Source: Leptogorgia sarmentosa (Eukaryota). From it: a stretch of 64,000 nucleotides of DNA. The stretch spans positions 17,422,001 through 17,486,000 of the forward strand of contig OZ210885.1 of NCBI GenBank assembly GCA_964658305.1, in the 5' to 3' direction. The notes under the pieces are model-generated. The model worked only from the letters and a program-made list of their open reading frames with translations. It made no database searches and was not told the origin of the DNA. Shown here piece after piece: positions 36,829 to 48,006 of the stretch. Every line of letters begins with the position of its first letter. The first letter of the stretch is position 1. A program made the translations under genes and the position numbers.

Positions 36829-38690
36829 CCGGGTGTCCCAAAAAAAAGTACCTATTTTTAATTCAACATAACTTATAAACGAACTAAAGAATTACAATCA
36901 AATAATCCATATTTAGTTGAGTAATGTCTAACTTAAAGTTTGATATATTACATATGAAGTTTGAACGAGTAGTTTCCGAGATATTCGCGTTTAAAGACAC
37001 AGTAACGTTTTGAAATTTGTCAAAAATCAGCAAAAAATGGCCTTTTAAATTTGAATCAACAATACCGGTTCGTAACATGGTTTCTTGTAACTTATTTTTT
37101 AGTTTTTTGAGAAAATGCGTTAAGTCCATACAACGCATTTCTGAATTTGTAAGGTTTAACATGTAAGTTTTCAGTTATTGTTGAGTTTTACATCATTATT
37201 TTATGTCTCTTGGGACCTGATGGAATTCCAACTTACGAACGCAAGCAAGAAACGTAGTTCTTCTTAAGTTATCGCGACAAACGTCTTGAGTTAATATTGC
37301 AAAACTTGACGAAAGATCAAAGAGTTTGGGTTTGCTTAGAGTATGCTAGAACGAATAACGCATATGAAGTTTTAAGACGATGGGATGAGCGATGGAACAA
37401 CGACCCGAGGCCTACAAGACGAAGTGTAGTCAAAACTTATCGCAAGTTTCTACAAGAAGGTAGTTGTCTTGACCTGAACAAGGGACGAAGTGGCAGACCA
37501 AGGACGGGACGAACTGCAGAAAACGTCGAGTTAGTACGTGAATCGCTCCTGGACAACGGGAATAGGTCGTGTCGAAGAAATGGCCTAGGATTGAGCCGTA
37601 GCACATTCCAGCGTATTGTACACTTCGACATCAAATTTCACCCGTACGTGATAATTCGAAGGCAAAAAATCAGACACGGCGACCCAGCACAACGCCTGGC
37701 TTTCTGCAACCGTCTCCTGAACACCGTTGCCGAAAATCCCGATTTCCTTGACAAGCTTATAGTGTCAGACGAGGCTGTCTTTAGCTTGAATTCCGAGATA
37801 AACTCGCGAAACGTGAGGAAGTACGCAGCACGTGGTGATGGGCATCCACACGACCATTACGTTGGTCATATGCAAGGCGCACAACAAGTGATGGTCTGGG
37901 CTGGGCTGACAAGACAGGGCGTTGTTCTTGGTCCGCATTTTACACGTGCAAACCTCGATACGAGAGAATACATGCGTATAATTCGCTACAACGTGATTCA
38001 GAGAGAATTTCCAGTGCACAACATTGACAGAAACTCAATGTGGTGGCAACAGGACGGCGCCTCGTGTCACACAAGCAACGCAACAATCCGATATCTACAG
38101 GGACAATTCCCTGGTCGACTTATGAGTAAACGCGGCGATTGGCCATGGCCTCCACGCTCTCCTGACCTGACGGTGTGTGACTTCTTCCTCTGGGGCTATT
38201 TAAAGCAGCAGATTTGGGAAGTTTCTCAAGACCAACAACCTCAAAACTTGGGAGAACTTCGCGAGGCGATTGTTAGGTCATGTCGCAATTTGGACGGCCA
38301 CATGATTCAAAGGTCTTTTAATGGCATGCTGACACGGGCAAGAAAGTGTGTTGATGCTGGTGGACATCAATTTGCAGATGAATAAGAACAAGTAAAAAAC
38401 GCATTTTCTCAAAAAACTAAAAAATAAGTTACAAGAAATCATGTTACGAACCGGTATTGTTGATTCAAATTTAACAGGCCATTTTTTGCTGATTTTTGAC
38501 AAATTTCAAAACGTCACCGTGTCTTTAAACGCGAATATCTCGGAAACTACTCGTTCAAACTTCATATGTAATATATCAAACTTTAAGTTAGACATTACTC
38601 AACTAAATATGGATTATTTGATTGTAATTCTTTAGTTCGTTTATAAGTTATGTTGAATTAAAAATAGGTACTTTTTTTTGGGACACCCGG
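36829..38690 (+). mobile_element. Tc1/mariner DD41D element 2, 293-bp TIRs, TA TSD
   Basis: TA|CCGGGTGTCCCAAAAAAAAG ... CTTTTTTTTGGGACACCCGG|TA; TIRs 36829-37121 and 38398-38690. Confidence 0.94.
37297..38385 (+). CDS. DD41D transposase, 362 aa, open frame but starting at TTG
   Basis: IVSDEAVF, QQDGASCH, WPPRSPDLTVCDFFLWGYLK; 41 residues between 2nd and 3rd Asp. Confidence 0.88.
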   Translation: MQNLTKDQRVWVCLEYARTNNAYEVLRRWDERWNNDPRPTRRSVVKTYRKFLQEGSCLDLNKGRSGRPRTGRTAENVELVRESLLDNGNRSCRRNGLGLSRSTFQRIVHFDIKFHPYVIIRRQKIRHGDPAQRLAFCNRLLNTVAENPDFLDKLIVSDEAVFSLNSEINSRNVRKYAARGDGHPHDHYVGHMQGAQQVMVWAGLTRQGVVLGPHFTRANLDTREYMRIIRYNVIQREFPVHNIDRNSMWWQQDGASCHTSNATIRYLQGQFPGRLMSKRGDWPWPPRSPDLTVCDFFLWGYLKQQIWEVSQDQQPQNLGELREAIVRSCRNLDGHMIQRSFNGMLTRARKCVDAGGHQFADE

Positions 38691-39940
38691 TAGTACGCAA
38701 ACCATGGTGATTCCATTGTTGCCGAAATTCTTGTAATGAAGCACTTATTCGAGGCAAATAAACAAAGTGCAAAGCATAAAGGTGCATCTCACTTAGTGAG
38801 TCCAGCAAGCCATAGCCTTCAAGGAAGCGAAATAAGTCTATATAAACAGCTGAGCTCACCCTGTTAACCTCGGCCCACAACCTTTCAATCCTTTGGTTGT
38901 GGACACTTCTTCCTGCAATAAAGCTGCCTCTATTTAACCCTCGGTTCTGGATCATGTACCGTGCAACTTCCACATTTTCCATCCCACGGTCAGCACGGAC
39001 CCTCTTAGGAAGACCAAAGTCATGGACACCACCTTCAAAAAATTCCAAAACTGATAAGGCTTTGTTGTCCGCACAGCAATGGAGATAAATAATTGCACGA
39101 CTAAAGCCATCGATACATCCATGGATGACGAATCTCCAAGAGATCAGTTTATGATTGGAGTCTATATGCCAGAGGTGGTTTGAGGAAGTAACATTGTATG
39201 TTCTCCTGACAATCTGACGTCGTCGTCTTATTGCCCTCCCAATAGGGTCAATACGAAAGAGACTTTCTCTTATTCTAGCTCTCTGAACTACAATTCCTCG
39301 ACCCCGGAGGGCTCCTTTAACATAGCTTTCACCACTGTAGGGAGTTAAGCTCAATATATCTTGAATTATGCGGTCAAGTTCATCATCCTGAATTGGCGAG
39401 AATGTCTCGGCTACGTTTAACTCCAGCCTACGCCTATACAATGTGCTGTCGCTTATCCTAAGGATCTTCGCCACGGCTCTCCAATTCATGCCAGTCTCGT
39501 GAAGTTGATTGATCTGCTCTTTCGTTACATTATATGCTGGTCTCCCCCCTGTACTTGGAAGAGCATCTTGGTACAGGTTTTCTGCAACGACAGCATTTCT
39601 CAGCAAATTTAAAATAAATCCTGTGTTCAACAGTTTAGCAGTTAGAATATCAGTTAATCCATCTAAAAGGTCTTTAAGACTTGATGCTTCATCTACAGCT
39701 GAAGAAAGTGCTAGAATAATACCAAGGCTTCCCTCAAGTCTCCTCTCGCATAACTATAGTTGAACAGTGTCTAAAGAAACACTAACTCTATCGGTCCTAT
39801 GAAGAATTTCAAGTAAAGAGGAAAAGAACTCTCTAAGATCTCCAACCTGATCTACTGCCATTTTGATTTGACCGTGTTTATTTACTTAGACTGGGTACGA
39901 ACTCAACCACACTTTTTCTCTCGCATATAACACTTTCAGC

Positions 39941-40856
39941 CAGGGCTTCCACTTGCAAGGAAATTTCCCTGCAAAAGGAATTTTTGGCGTTTGCAAGGAA
40001 ATGGGCAAGGAAATTCTATTTCAAGCAAGGAATTAGAAAGGAAATCCTAAAAATTATCAAAAAACAAGTATTATTCTTGTCTAAAGTACTCCAAACTAGA
40101 AATTTTCATTTAGTTTATTTCATCAAATACCTTTGACCTATATTTGGCGTAGTAAATGGCATATTATTGTCAATTTCGGCATTCATTAAACATGAAATTC
40201 CAAAGTTCGAGCGAAACATTTAATTGGCTTCCTTGATTATGAGGACCAATCACAGACTTTGTTTGCAAACCAGCTTGTGAATTGCAATATGAACTAATTA
40301 AGTATTAACCTTCGTAGTTCGTACGAACTTGTAAACGTTAGATTTTTAGATATTAGATTTCAAAGTGAGCTTAAAAAATTAACAATAATAATAACTAGCT
40401 AGGCCAAAAATCGCTCGTGTAAAACCATGAAAAGGCAATATGTGGATGATCCGACGAAATTGGACGAATTCATTGTCAACTGATGATCTAGCTCCCCAAA
40501 TTTGCGGGAAATTACACTGTTTGTTTTGAAGATTAAAAATAGCGGAGCCTGATCTCTTTTTTATCAAAGTATTTTTTTCGGATTTATTGACCCTCCGGTC
40601 GGGACATTCAGCGAAATATTCACATTATATTTAATTCGCCAAATACTTCTCGCTCCTGGTTTATAAATGAGAAGAGTTCACTATTCTAAGTTTCCAATAT
40701 ATTTGACTAGGCAATGATAGAATCGTCAATATTCATGAGAATATGGCAAGGAAATTTTACAGGAAATTACATGATTTTTGCAAGGAAATTTTATTTAAAA
40801 AAGGGAAATTTGATCCTGGAAAAATGAAATTTCAATTCTGATTTGTGGAAGCACTG
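39941..40856. mobile_element. Non-autonomous element with hAT-like short TIRs
   Basis: CAGGGCTTCCAC ... GTGGAAGCACTG (11/12 match); subterminal GCAAGGAAATT repeats at both ends; no TSD found. Confidence 0.55.
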
Positions 40857-41402
40857 TGCCATTAGCAGCCACAGCCACCAAATCGCCACTGAAACGAGCC
40901 GCAAACGTTGTGGCACACCGCAATGACGACGCGTACAATCAATCATTTGTGCGCTCCTAATTAATTCAGATTCGCGACGCATGTGTGTTCTCCACGAACT
41001 TCTGGCGATTTTTTCCCTGGTGCATGTGGTGTGTTTTCCCGACCTACCTTGGTTCGCTGGCCTTGCGACCGATTCGTGAATGGCAAATGACCGACTTGGA
41101 CTGAGTTGAACGAAGCGTGTCAGGCTGCGTTTCGGTTGGGGAAATGAAGAGTGCATTTGAATTGGAAATGGTTGTTTAACATTAGTCGTCTAGTATAAAA
41201 TGCATGATCGGTTGGCAGTGCGTATTGATTGACTCATTCATTCATTCCATGTGACATGCATACAACAAGGTGTCGGTAATCATTGATTCGTGAAACATGC
41301 GGTCAGTGTGAGGAACACAGAATTGTAGTCTCGTCGATATACTAGCATACTCATCGCCACTAATCAGGTTTGAATATGGAAATTGGAGTAATAAGATGAT
41401 AA

Positions 41403-41550
41403 AGGAGACGAGCGTGAACGCAGGTCCCCACTACCAGAAATTATACGCTCGAGTTACCGAAATTAGGGGTAATCGCAGGAGTCAACCCAGTCAAAGTGCA
41501 ATGAAAGGACCTCCTACTTGATCAAGGTGCCTGTTGCGTCAGGTATGGCT
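41403..41550 (-). pseudogene. U1 snRNA pseudogene/variant
   Basis: Minus strand ..ATACCTG...GATCAAG...CATTGCACT...CCTGCGATTACCCCTAAT..GGTAACTCGA..ATAATTTCTGGTAGTGGGGACCTGCGTTCACGCT: U1-70K loop, U1A loop, Sm site and stem-loop IV; altered 5' end and short internal deletion. Confidence 0.85.
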
Positions 41551-41855
41551 GCGCATTTGTAGCAATATTTAATCGGTCAGTTTAAAAATATATTCCGATA
41601 ATTATTGTTAATCTTTTTGTTAAAATGTCTTTGATTTGAATTATTTTGTTTGTGAATTTAAACTTTTTACAAATATTCATTTGAATATTTTATTTTCATT
41701 TTAGATTAGTTCAAACTATTTTCAAAATATTGTTTACAAATATCATGTAAAATATCATTTAAACTTTTTTAAAATACATTTAGACTTTTTCAAACCAAAG
41801 TGGAAACACCGTTACCCAAAACTCAATTTTACTTGAGCGCGCCATAACATTGCAG

Positions 41856-42430
41856 ATGGCCGAAGATGTTGAAGTATTCTTAGGGATTGTCTTGAAAAGG
41901 TCCAAAGAAATATGTTTGTTAGCAAACAGAAACACGTCCTCGGATTTTCTCTCGGGATTATTAAAACAGATAGATTTACTTCGTAAGACAGTTCAGTTAC
42001 TGCAAGAAATCAAAGATATTGTTGTGGGTGATGGTGAGTGTGATTCAGAGAAATGGCAACACTTAGTAAACGTTTATGGTGAAATTGAAAGTGAATTAAT
42101 TAGCCTCTACCATCAAGAAGTGACGCGAATTACCGTAACATGTCAACTGCCATTACTAACTGAGGAAACTAAACTTCAGGGCAGATCGGGTTATTACATC
42201 CCAAAGGATAGTCTGGTAGAATTGCGAGGGCTTAATTTTTCTTGGAGTAAGATCTCGAGAATGTTTGGCGTGTTCAGGTGGACTATGATGCGTCGTGTTA
42301 ACGAGTATGGTCTTTCAAATTTACAAAGGTTTTCCATCATTTCGGACAAAAGAATTGACGAAATTGTCAGGGGATACATTTCTTGTCATGGTTCAACTAC
42401 TGGTGAGCCATTAATGTCTGGCTATTTTAG
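41856..42430 (+). pseudogene. N-terminal fragment of a second IS3EU-type transposase
   Basis: GRSGYYIPKDSLVELRGLNFSWSKISRMFGVFRWTMMRR..ISDKRIDEIV..GE..GYFRS aligns by eye to [51 protein letters not shown] of ORF 38641-39630; truncated before the DDE core. Confidence 0.75.
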
Positions 42431-43215
42431 ATCAATTCCCTAACCAAGCCTTCCTTCACTTCTAGTACTGGGTCGGAGTCCCTAGCTGCTGCTGCTTGGA
42501 GGAACAAGCGTACCGACTCAAATTCACAGTTCTGAGTACCAAGAATTGTTGTGACAGCAACGGCATGTTTCGTTCCGTTCACATCCAGTCTCTTTGCTAA
42601 GTCTGCATCAACGATAGTTCCACAACTTGCATTATCAAGCAGTCCATATGTTGTAATAGAGTTTCCAGCATTTGTTGACACCTTTACCGGTGTGACATGT
42701 AAAAGTACATGATTTTCCTTCCCTTCGGTCATTGTCGCGAGAGATGTCGTATTCTGTTGTCGACTGTCCCCAGTGTCGGACTTTGGTTGACCGCCTTTGA
42801 GCGTTTGTTCTGATCTCTCTGAACTCTTCTGGAGGTTAGCGGACGACTCCTCATCTTTGGAATGATCTGTGGTCCTGTCCTTAGGTGCAATTATTTGGTG
42901 GAGTAACTGATGGTGCTTATACGTAGCCTTACACCCGCACATAGTGGTTGATTTACAATGCGCTTTCATGTGCCCTGGTGCCAAGCATAAATGACAAAGC
43001 TTTGAGATTTTGACAATTTCCCAACGCTCCTCCGGTGTTTTCTTGTTAAAGGTTTCACAATTTGTCAGCAAATGTTTGGCCTTGCAGCAAGGGCACGGAT
43101 ATACCCTTTCGAATTGTGTCATCAGGGTCGAAATTGGATCCAGGGACGGTTGTTTAAACGATTTTGGTCTTTGAGGATGAAGTGGAAACATTCCTATTCT
43201 TGGAGGTCTTCTCAT
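42427..43215 (-). pseudogene. BEL/Pao gag-protease fragment
   Basis: CPCC..H..C, CHLC..GH..C knuckles, HHQLLH, YGLLDNAS protease motif; no LTRs seen. Confidence 0.8.
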
Positions 43216-44079
43216 CAGGTGCCTTTCTTTTCGTGGTTAATATATGACCACAGAGGTTGGACAGCTGTCACGTGAATTTCTCGACCAATCAAATTGCGTC
43301 ATTTTCACATTGCTTTTGCGAGGATTTTTGACAAAACAATTTGCATAGCGCACAAATATATTCAAATTTCATGCTGGATTTGGCAGTATTCTATAAGAAG
43401 AGGAGTTGAATTTCCAATATCTGAAATATTGAGTGAGGTAAGCATTAATTACTGCTTTTTTTTTATAGTCAAAGCTTGCAGGGTCATTTCAAGACTTTGA
43501 ATCGAAATGACCCATTTTGACATTTGCCAAAAATGGCGCTTTGCCTTGTTACCAAGAAAGATTATTTTGTTGAATAATTTGTGAAGTTAGTGGCGAGGTT
43601 TAAAGTTATTTATTACACGGGGTGTTCAATTAGTTTCACAGGAATATTTGAACATTTAAAACAATGTTTTCTTAGGCTTTATGTAGAGGATAAACATTTA
43701 AAACAATGTTTTCTTAGGCTTTATGTTGCCTTTTGACATGAGTTGTCGCTTACGCAAGTTTTACCACCCAAACCTTATGTTGTGTTACAGCTAAATTATT
43801 ATGTGTTTTAAGATGGTTAATGTCCCCAAAAGGCCTTATTGAAACCATCTATTCATCCCTGGGTATTATTGTTTGTATTATTCATATATTGTTACTTATT
43901 ACAGGTGCATAATGTGTGGCAGCATTAAATGTAATGCTCTTTTCATTCACCTGCTGAACAACAGCTGATCATGGCAGTCTGGTTCAATCTAGCAGAAGAT
44001 TTATCAGCAACTGAGCTGAGAATAAAATGTACAAATATATGTACTGTAGAGATACAGATTGTTGGGGTGATAGTAATTG

Positions 44080-46930
44080 CAGACCTGCCAACTTTTCAAA
44101 ACGGAAAACCTGGACATTTTAAAATGATAATGATTTAAAACCTGGAGATTGATGGCCAAACCTGGAGATTGCAGTATGTGTCTCATTTTTATTTTGAAAT
44201 CTCTTTAGTAGTCTTTACAATGATTTTAATTTATCATACTCTATTAGGTGAATCAATTCTATATATCACCACTAAACTGTAACTTGCAGTTCAACATGAA
44301 CGTATATGTTAATAAAAATAATGAAAATATTCTCTAAGATTTGTGCTCATCATTGTACGCCTTGGCTGCTTTCTTGGAGTCGGTCAAAAGAGCTTCATCA
44401 GGATCCCATCTGAAACAAGGCACAGAGGATTCTGGGTATTGTAACTTCATGGCCATTAGATTGGAAAGGGTTCCGTCAATTTTTAATGATGATCTACTGT
44501 CTGTCTTGTTCTTACGGACCATACTAAAAAGCCTTTCTTCTCCTGCATTACTATGCGGTAGAACCAAGACAAGCTCAGCTACTTTTTGTAAGTAACGGAA
44601 CCTACTGGCAGTTGATCCTGGTATAAACATATGGGCAATATACCACCACAAAATATCTACTCTGTAATGGAATTCCTCTATACCATCAACTGTCCCATCA
44701 ATAACCTTGGCTTCATTCCATGCCTTGTCACCGATGTCCCCATCATTCAGAGTCTGGTAATCGCAGAATTCATCATATAATTTATCCATGTCCATGGTGA
44801 TGAAGAATGACTGAAACTTTGTCAGAAAAAATTCAACACTTTCCCATTTTGCTTCTAACCGGTTTAAAACATTGATCCATTTGGCATGCTGCAGCACTTT
44901 ATCAGTTATTGGAAACTTCTTCAAAATATATTTAAGAGAAGCTTTGAAATACTCTTGTGCAGCTTTGAAGACATTATCAAACTGGGCTGGAGAAATATCC
45001 CCTTCATTTAGAAGCCTCTGCAAGCTAAACTTGGTTGTGCCACCAAGGTGAATTGATTTCGCTGCTTTGAAGACCTCTGGATCTGCCAGATCAATTTCGG
45101 CAATAGCTGTCTCTTGCATCACATGTGCCTTAATGATACGGTTTCCCAGAGTTTTTGCAAGGGTAGTGACCTTCTCATGAACTATATGAATCACTGGCTC
45201 CTCAGTCTGTAATAACTTGTTGAAGGTAGTGAACAATGGAATGGTGGCTTGATTGAACAGCAGAGCTATTTCTGTAACTGGATTTTGAAAAGCTGTATGT
45301 AATCTTTCAAAACGAGCTTCAGCAAAGTGTTCACTGACAAAATAGGACTTCAATCCTTCATATTTCTGAAGTATACGTTCCACACATCTCTCTAATGACA
45401 GCCATCTGGTTGACACATGTTTCAGGATCTTGGCATATTCTAGATCACAGAACTCCATGTATTCTGCCAATATGCCTTTTCTCTTAGTACTTTTGTCAAA
45501 CCAATAATATATATCAATTAAGAGATTTTCCACATTAATTCCAAGAGTCTCTGCAAATGCATCATGGGCATTGCTTGCTGCAATATTGGCTAAGTGACAT
45601 GGGCACCCACATACATAAATTTCTTGGTTTTTCACTTTACATCGGGATGCAATAGAGTTATGAACTCCAATCATTGAGTTCGTATTGTCAACAATGAGGC
45701 TAACAGCATGGGACCAAGGAATTTGATCTTTCTCAATCCTGGACTCAACAACTTCAAAAATATCTGCTGCTTTCGATGCGTCTCTACCACTGGTTACACA
45801 CATATCATAAAAATGAGATTTAACAGTTTTTGATCTATTAACATCAAATATTCTCAAAGTTACAGGATTCGTTTTGTTCACATCTGTATCACTTGATCCA
45901 TCAATGCCAAGGCTAAAAGGGTGCACCATACAATGTTGTACAAGGTAGTTATGGCAATGGGGGCCCATTGCCTTATTTACAATAGCGCTGGTCTTCGATC
46001 TACCAGATCCATACCACTTGGCGATATCACTGTCAGGAAAAATGTTTTTAAATAATGGACCCAAATGATCTGCTGTCGCAAGTGGCAAGTTGTGTTGAAT
46101 AAGAAAATTTGTCACCATCGTTTCAGCTCTTATAACCGATGTACTGGTTGATGATTCTGGTGGTCGAAACAAATGCGAAATTGACGGCTGACTTTTGGTT
46201 GTCTTGAGTAGTCTTTTATGAGTAACTGTATTACAGTGATCCTTAACATCTTTTAGGCCCTGGTGATCACAGCGCATAGTTTTGTAGCAAGAAGTACAGT
46301 AGAAAGAATACTCGTCACCTCGCACAGCTCGTAAGGGATAATCTTTAGCCCATTCAGCCTTGAACTTACAGCGATAGTTTCTTTTGCCTCCGCTAAATGA
46401 CATCTTTTTTCTCTTAGAATTAGAACCTTCTACCCCAGCGTTTTCTGTTTCTGAGTGTTCATCAGTTACTGTTAGTGAGTGGAGTTCGTCTTCATCTTCT
46501 TCACTTGAATCTAGTTCTACATCGTTTTCGTCTGCGGAGCTTAATTCTGCCATTTTGATTTTCAGAATTTGACAATTGATATTAAACAGAGTATTAGCAG
46601 TTTTTATAATATCTTCCGCTGGCCAAATAGCATTGCAGGAATTAACATTGAGTATCTGTATCTAAATGAATATCTATTCTATGGTTCATTATGATATTTT
46701 ACCGCTAATATTTAAGGAATTTCGCCGCTGCAGTATGCGCAGTCATATAAGTATTACTCAAGCTTTTCTGTACTCTATATTTTAGTTTAAATTTCCATAC
46801 TATTTTACTGGAACTTCTGCGAATTCATGTTTTGTTGATACCGTGAGATTTGGAACTCATACCGGGTGACCGTGAGCGGTTCCCCCATACCGGGAGCCTC
46901 ACGGTCGAACCGTGAGAGTTGGCAGGTCTG
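44080..46930 (-). mobile_element. hAT DNA transposon with 6-bp TSD (copy 2)
   Basis: TIR CAGACCTGCCAACT / AGTTGGCAGGTCTG; TSD TAATTG at 44074-44079 and 46931-46936. Confidence 0.93.
44334..46553 (-). CDS. hAT transposase, 739 aa, apparently intact
   Basis: SLGIDGS, SLIVDNT, GCPCH, TRWLS, PHSNAGEERLFS; colinear with ORF 15580-17811. Confidence 0.92.
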   Translation of the reverse strand: MAELSSADENDVELDSSEEDEDELHSLTVTDEHSETENAGVEGSNSKRKKMSFSGGKRNYRCKFKAEWAKDYPLRAVRGDEYSFYCTSCYKTMRCDHQGLKDVKDHCNTVTHKRLLKTTKSQPSISHLFRPPESSTSTSVIRAETMVTNFLIQHNLPLATADHLGPLFKNIFPDSDIAKWYGSGRSKTSAIVNKAMGPHCHNYLVQHCMVHPFSLGIDGSSDTDVNKTNPVTLRIFDVNRSKTVKSHFYDMCVTSGRDASKAADIFEVVESRIEKDQIPWSHAVSLIVDNTNSMIGVHNSIASRCKVKNQEIYVCGCPCHLANIAASNAHDAFAETLGINVENLLIDIYYWFDKSTKRKGILAEYMEFCDLEYAKILKHVSTRWLSLERCVERILQKYEGLKSYFVSEHFAEARFERLHTAFQNPVTEIALLFNQATIPLFTTFNKLLQTEEPVIHIVHEKVTTLAKTLGNRIIKAHVMQETAIAEIDLADPEVFKAAKSIHLGGTTKFSLQRLLNEGDISPAQFDNVFKAAQEYFKASLKYILKKFPITDKVLQHAKWINVLNRLEAKWESVEFFLTKFQSFFITMDMDKLYDEFCDYQTLNDGDIGDKAWNEAKVIDGTVDGIEEFHYRVDILWWYIAHMFIPGSTASRFRYLQKVAELVLVLPHSNAGEERLFSMVRKNKTDSRSSLKIDGTLSNLMAMKLQYPESSVPCFRWDPDEALLTDSKKAAKAYNDEHKS

Positions 46931-48006
46931 TAATTGGCCAAAGCTATTGATATTAATATTGTAATCACCAAATCACATGTAATTGTTGTGTGTTGTTTGT
47001 CTTATGTGACAACGTTGATAGACTCAAAAAGTTAGATACTCTTAGAACACAACCATGGTTGACACAAATTTTCCATTCCTATTATATAAGTCAAGTGCTC
47101 AAGATAATTAAACAGTTCATACCACATTATGTTACCTTGTTTATACCAAGTGTCTTGTGTAATGTTGTTTTTATCAAAAGCACATTTTCAAATTTGTACA
47201 TGTATATCCTGTCAGTGATTACAGCATGGGTGGAGCAAACACTACTTAGTTTAGTAGAAATACAGTATGCCCAACACATGCATTCCATTCTCTTCAAGAA
47301 CAAGGTATGGCAGTATCAAAGTTTCATGAGCAGTGGAACCAATGGAATGTCTTCATCATTGCTGCTTTCAGATTCATAGCATTTTATTTCATCAAATTCC
47401 ACTATATTTAGTTCCTTTTAACTGGTCATTGCCATCTTGCCCAAGTTCAAAATCAGCCAACCATATATGTCTAAGCAAATTTCTTTCTACAAAATCACAA
47501 CAGAAAATCTTTTTTTAAAATTAGAATTCCTAAGTTACATGTAACCCAGATACATGCAATTCAGGAATATCATGTAAGCAATAGAATGAATAGATGAAAT
47601 GATGAATTCACCATCTGATAGTCTGATACAAAGGAAAATTTATACAGCCATACATAACTTAGCAAGTTAAGTATCACAAGTAAATTCTTTTTACATGCAA
47701 TCGTAAATAATAAAATAAATAATAAATATATAATAAATATATAATAAATATATTAAAATGAATGCATTGTAGTTTAAATATTGATATACCAACCCGGAAT
47801 ACTGTATTTAATTTTATCATACATGGCGACTCGGCGATATATAAAGACGGTTACCAAGAAAGCCAGGCAATTTAAAAACGGTAAACTTGGAATAGTAAAC
47901 AGCAACCATCGTAAGGATCACAACAATAAAGTTTTACCACGCTATTTTCAAGAAGAATCGAAGTCGAACTCAAAACACGTCCATTTATTAATTGGACCAG
48001 AGATGT

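Larger units (their letters stand above)
19205..39861 (-). pseudogene. IS3/integrase-like (IS3EU-type) DDE transposase split into three pieces by two insertions
   Basis: Pieces 38691-39861, 36600-36826, 19205-19255. Motifs [43 protein letters not shown]. Removing the DD41D gives HHGLRT|MNHQSPLALW; removing BEL-1 gives DGNHGI|NHYTNALDIL, both in frame. Premature TAG at 39754-39756. Confidence 0.85.

Noticed and set aside
36884..38635. Matching ORFs 36884-37162 and 38441-38635
   Set aside because: Translations of the DD41D-2 TIRs.
38641..39630. Bacterial IS3 contamination
   Set aside because: Embedded among spliced genes and interrupted by eukaryotic elements with clean TSDs; fits a eukaryotic IS3-like family.
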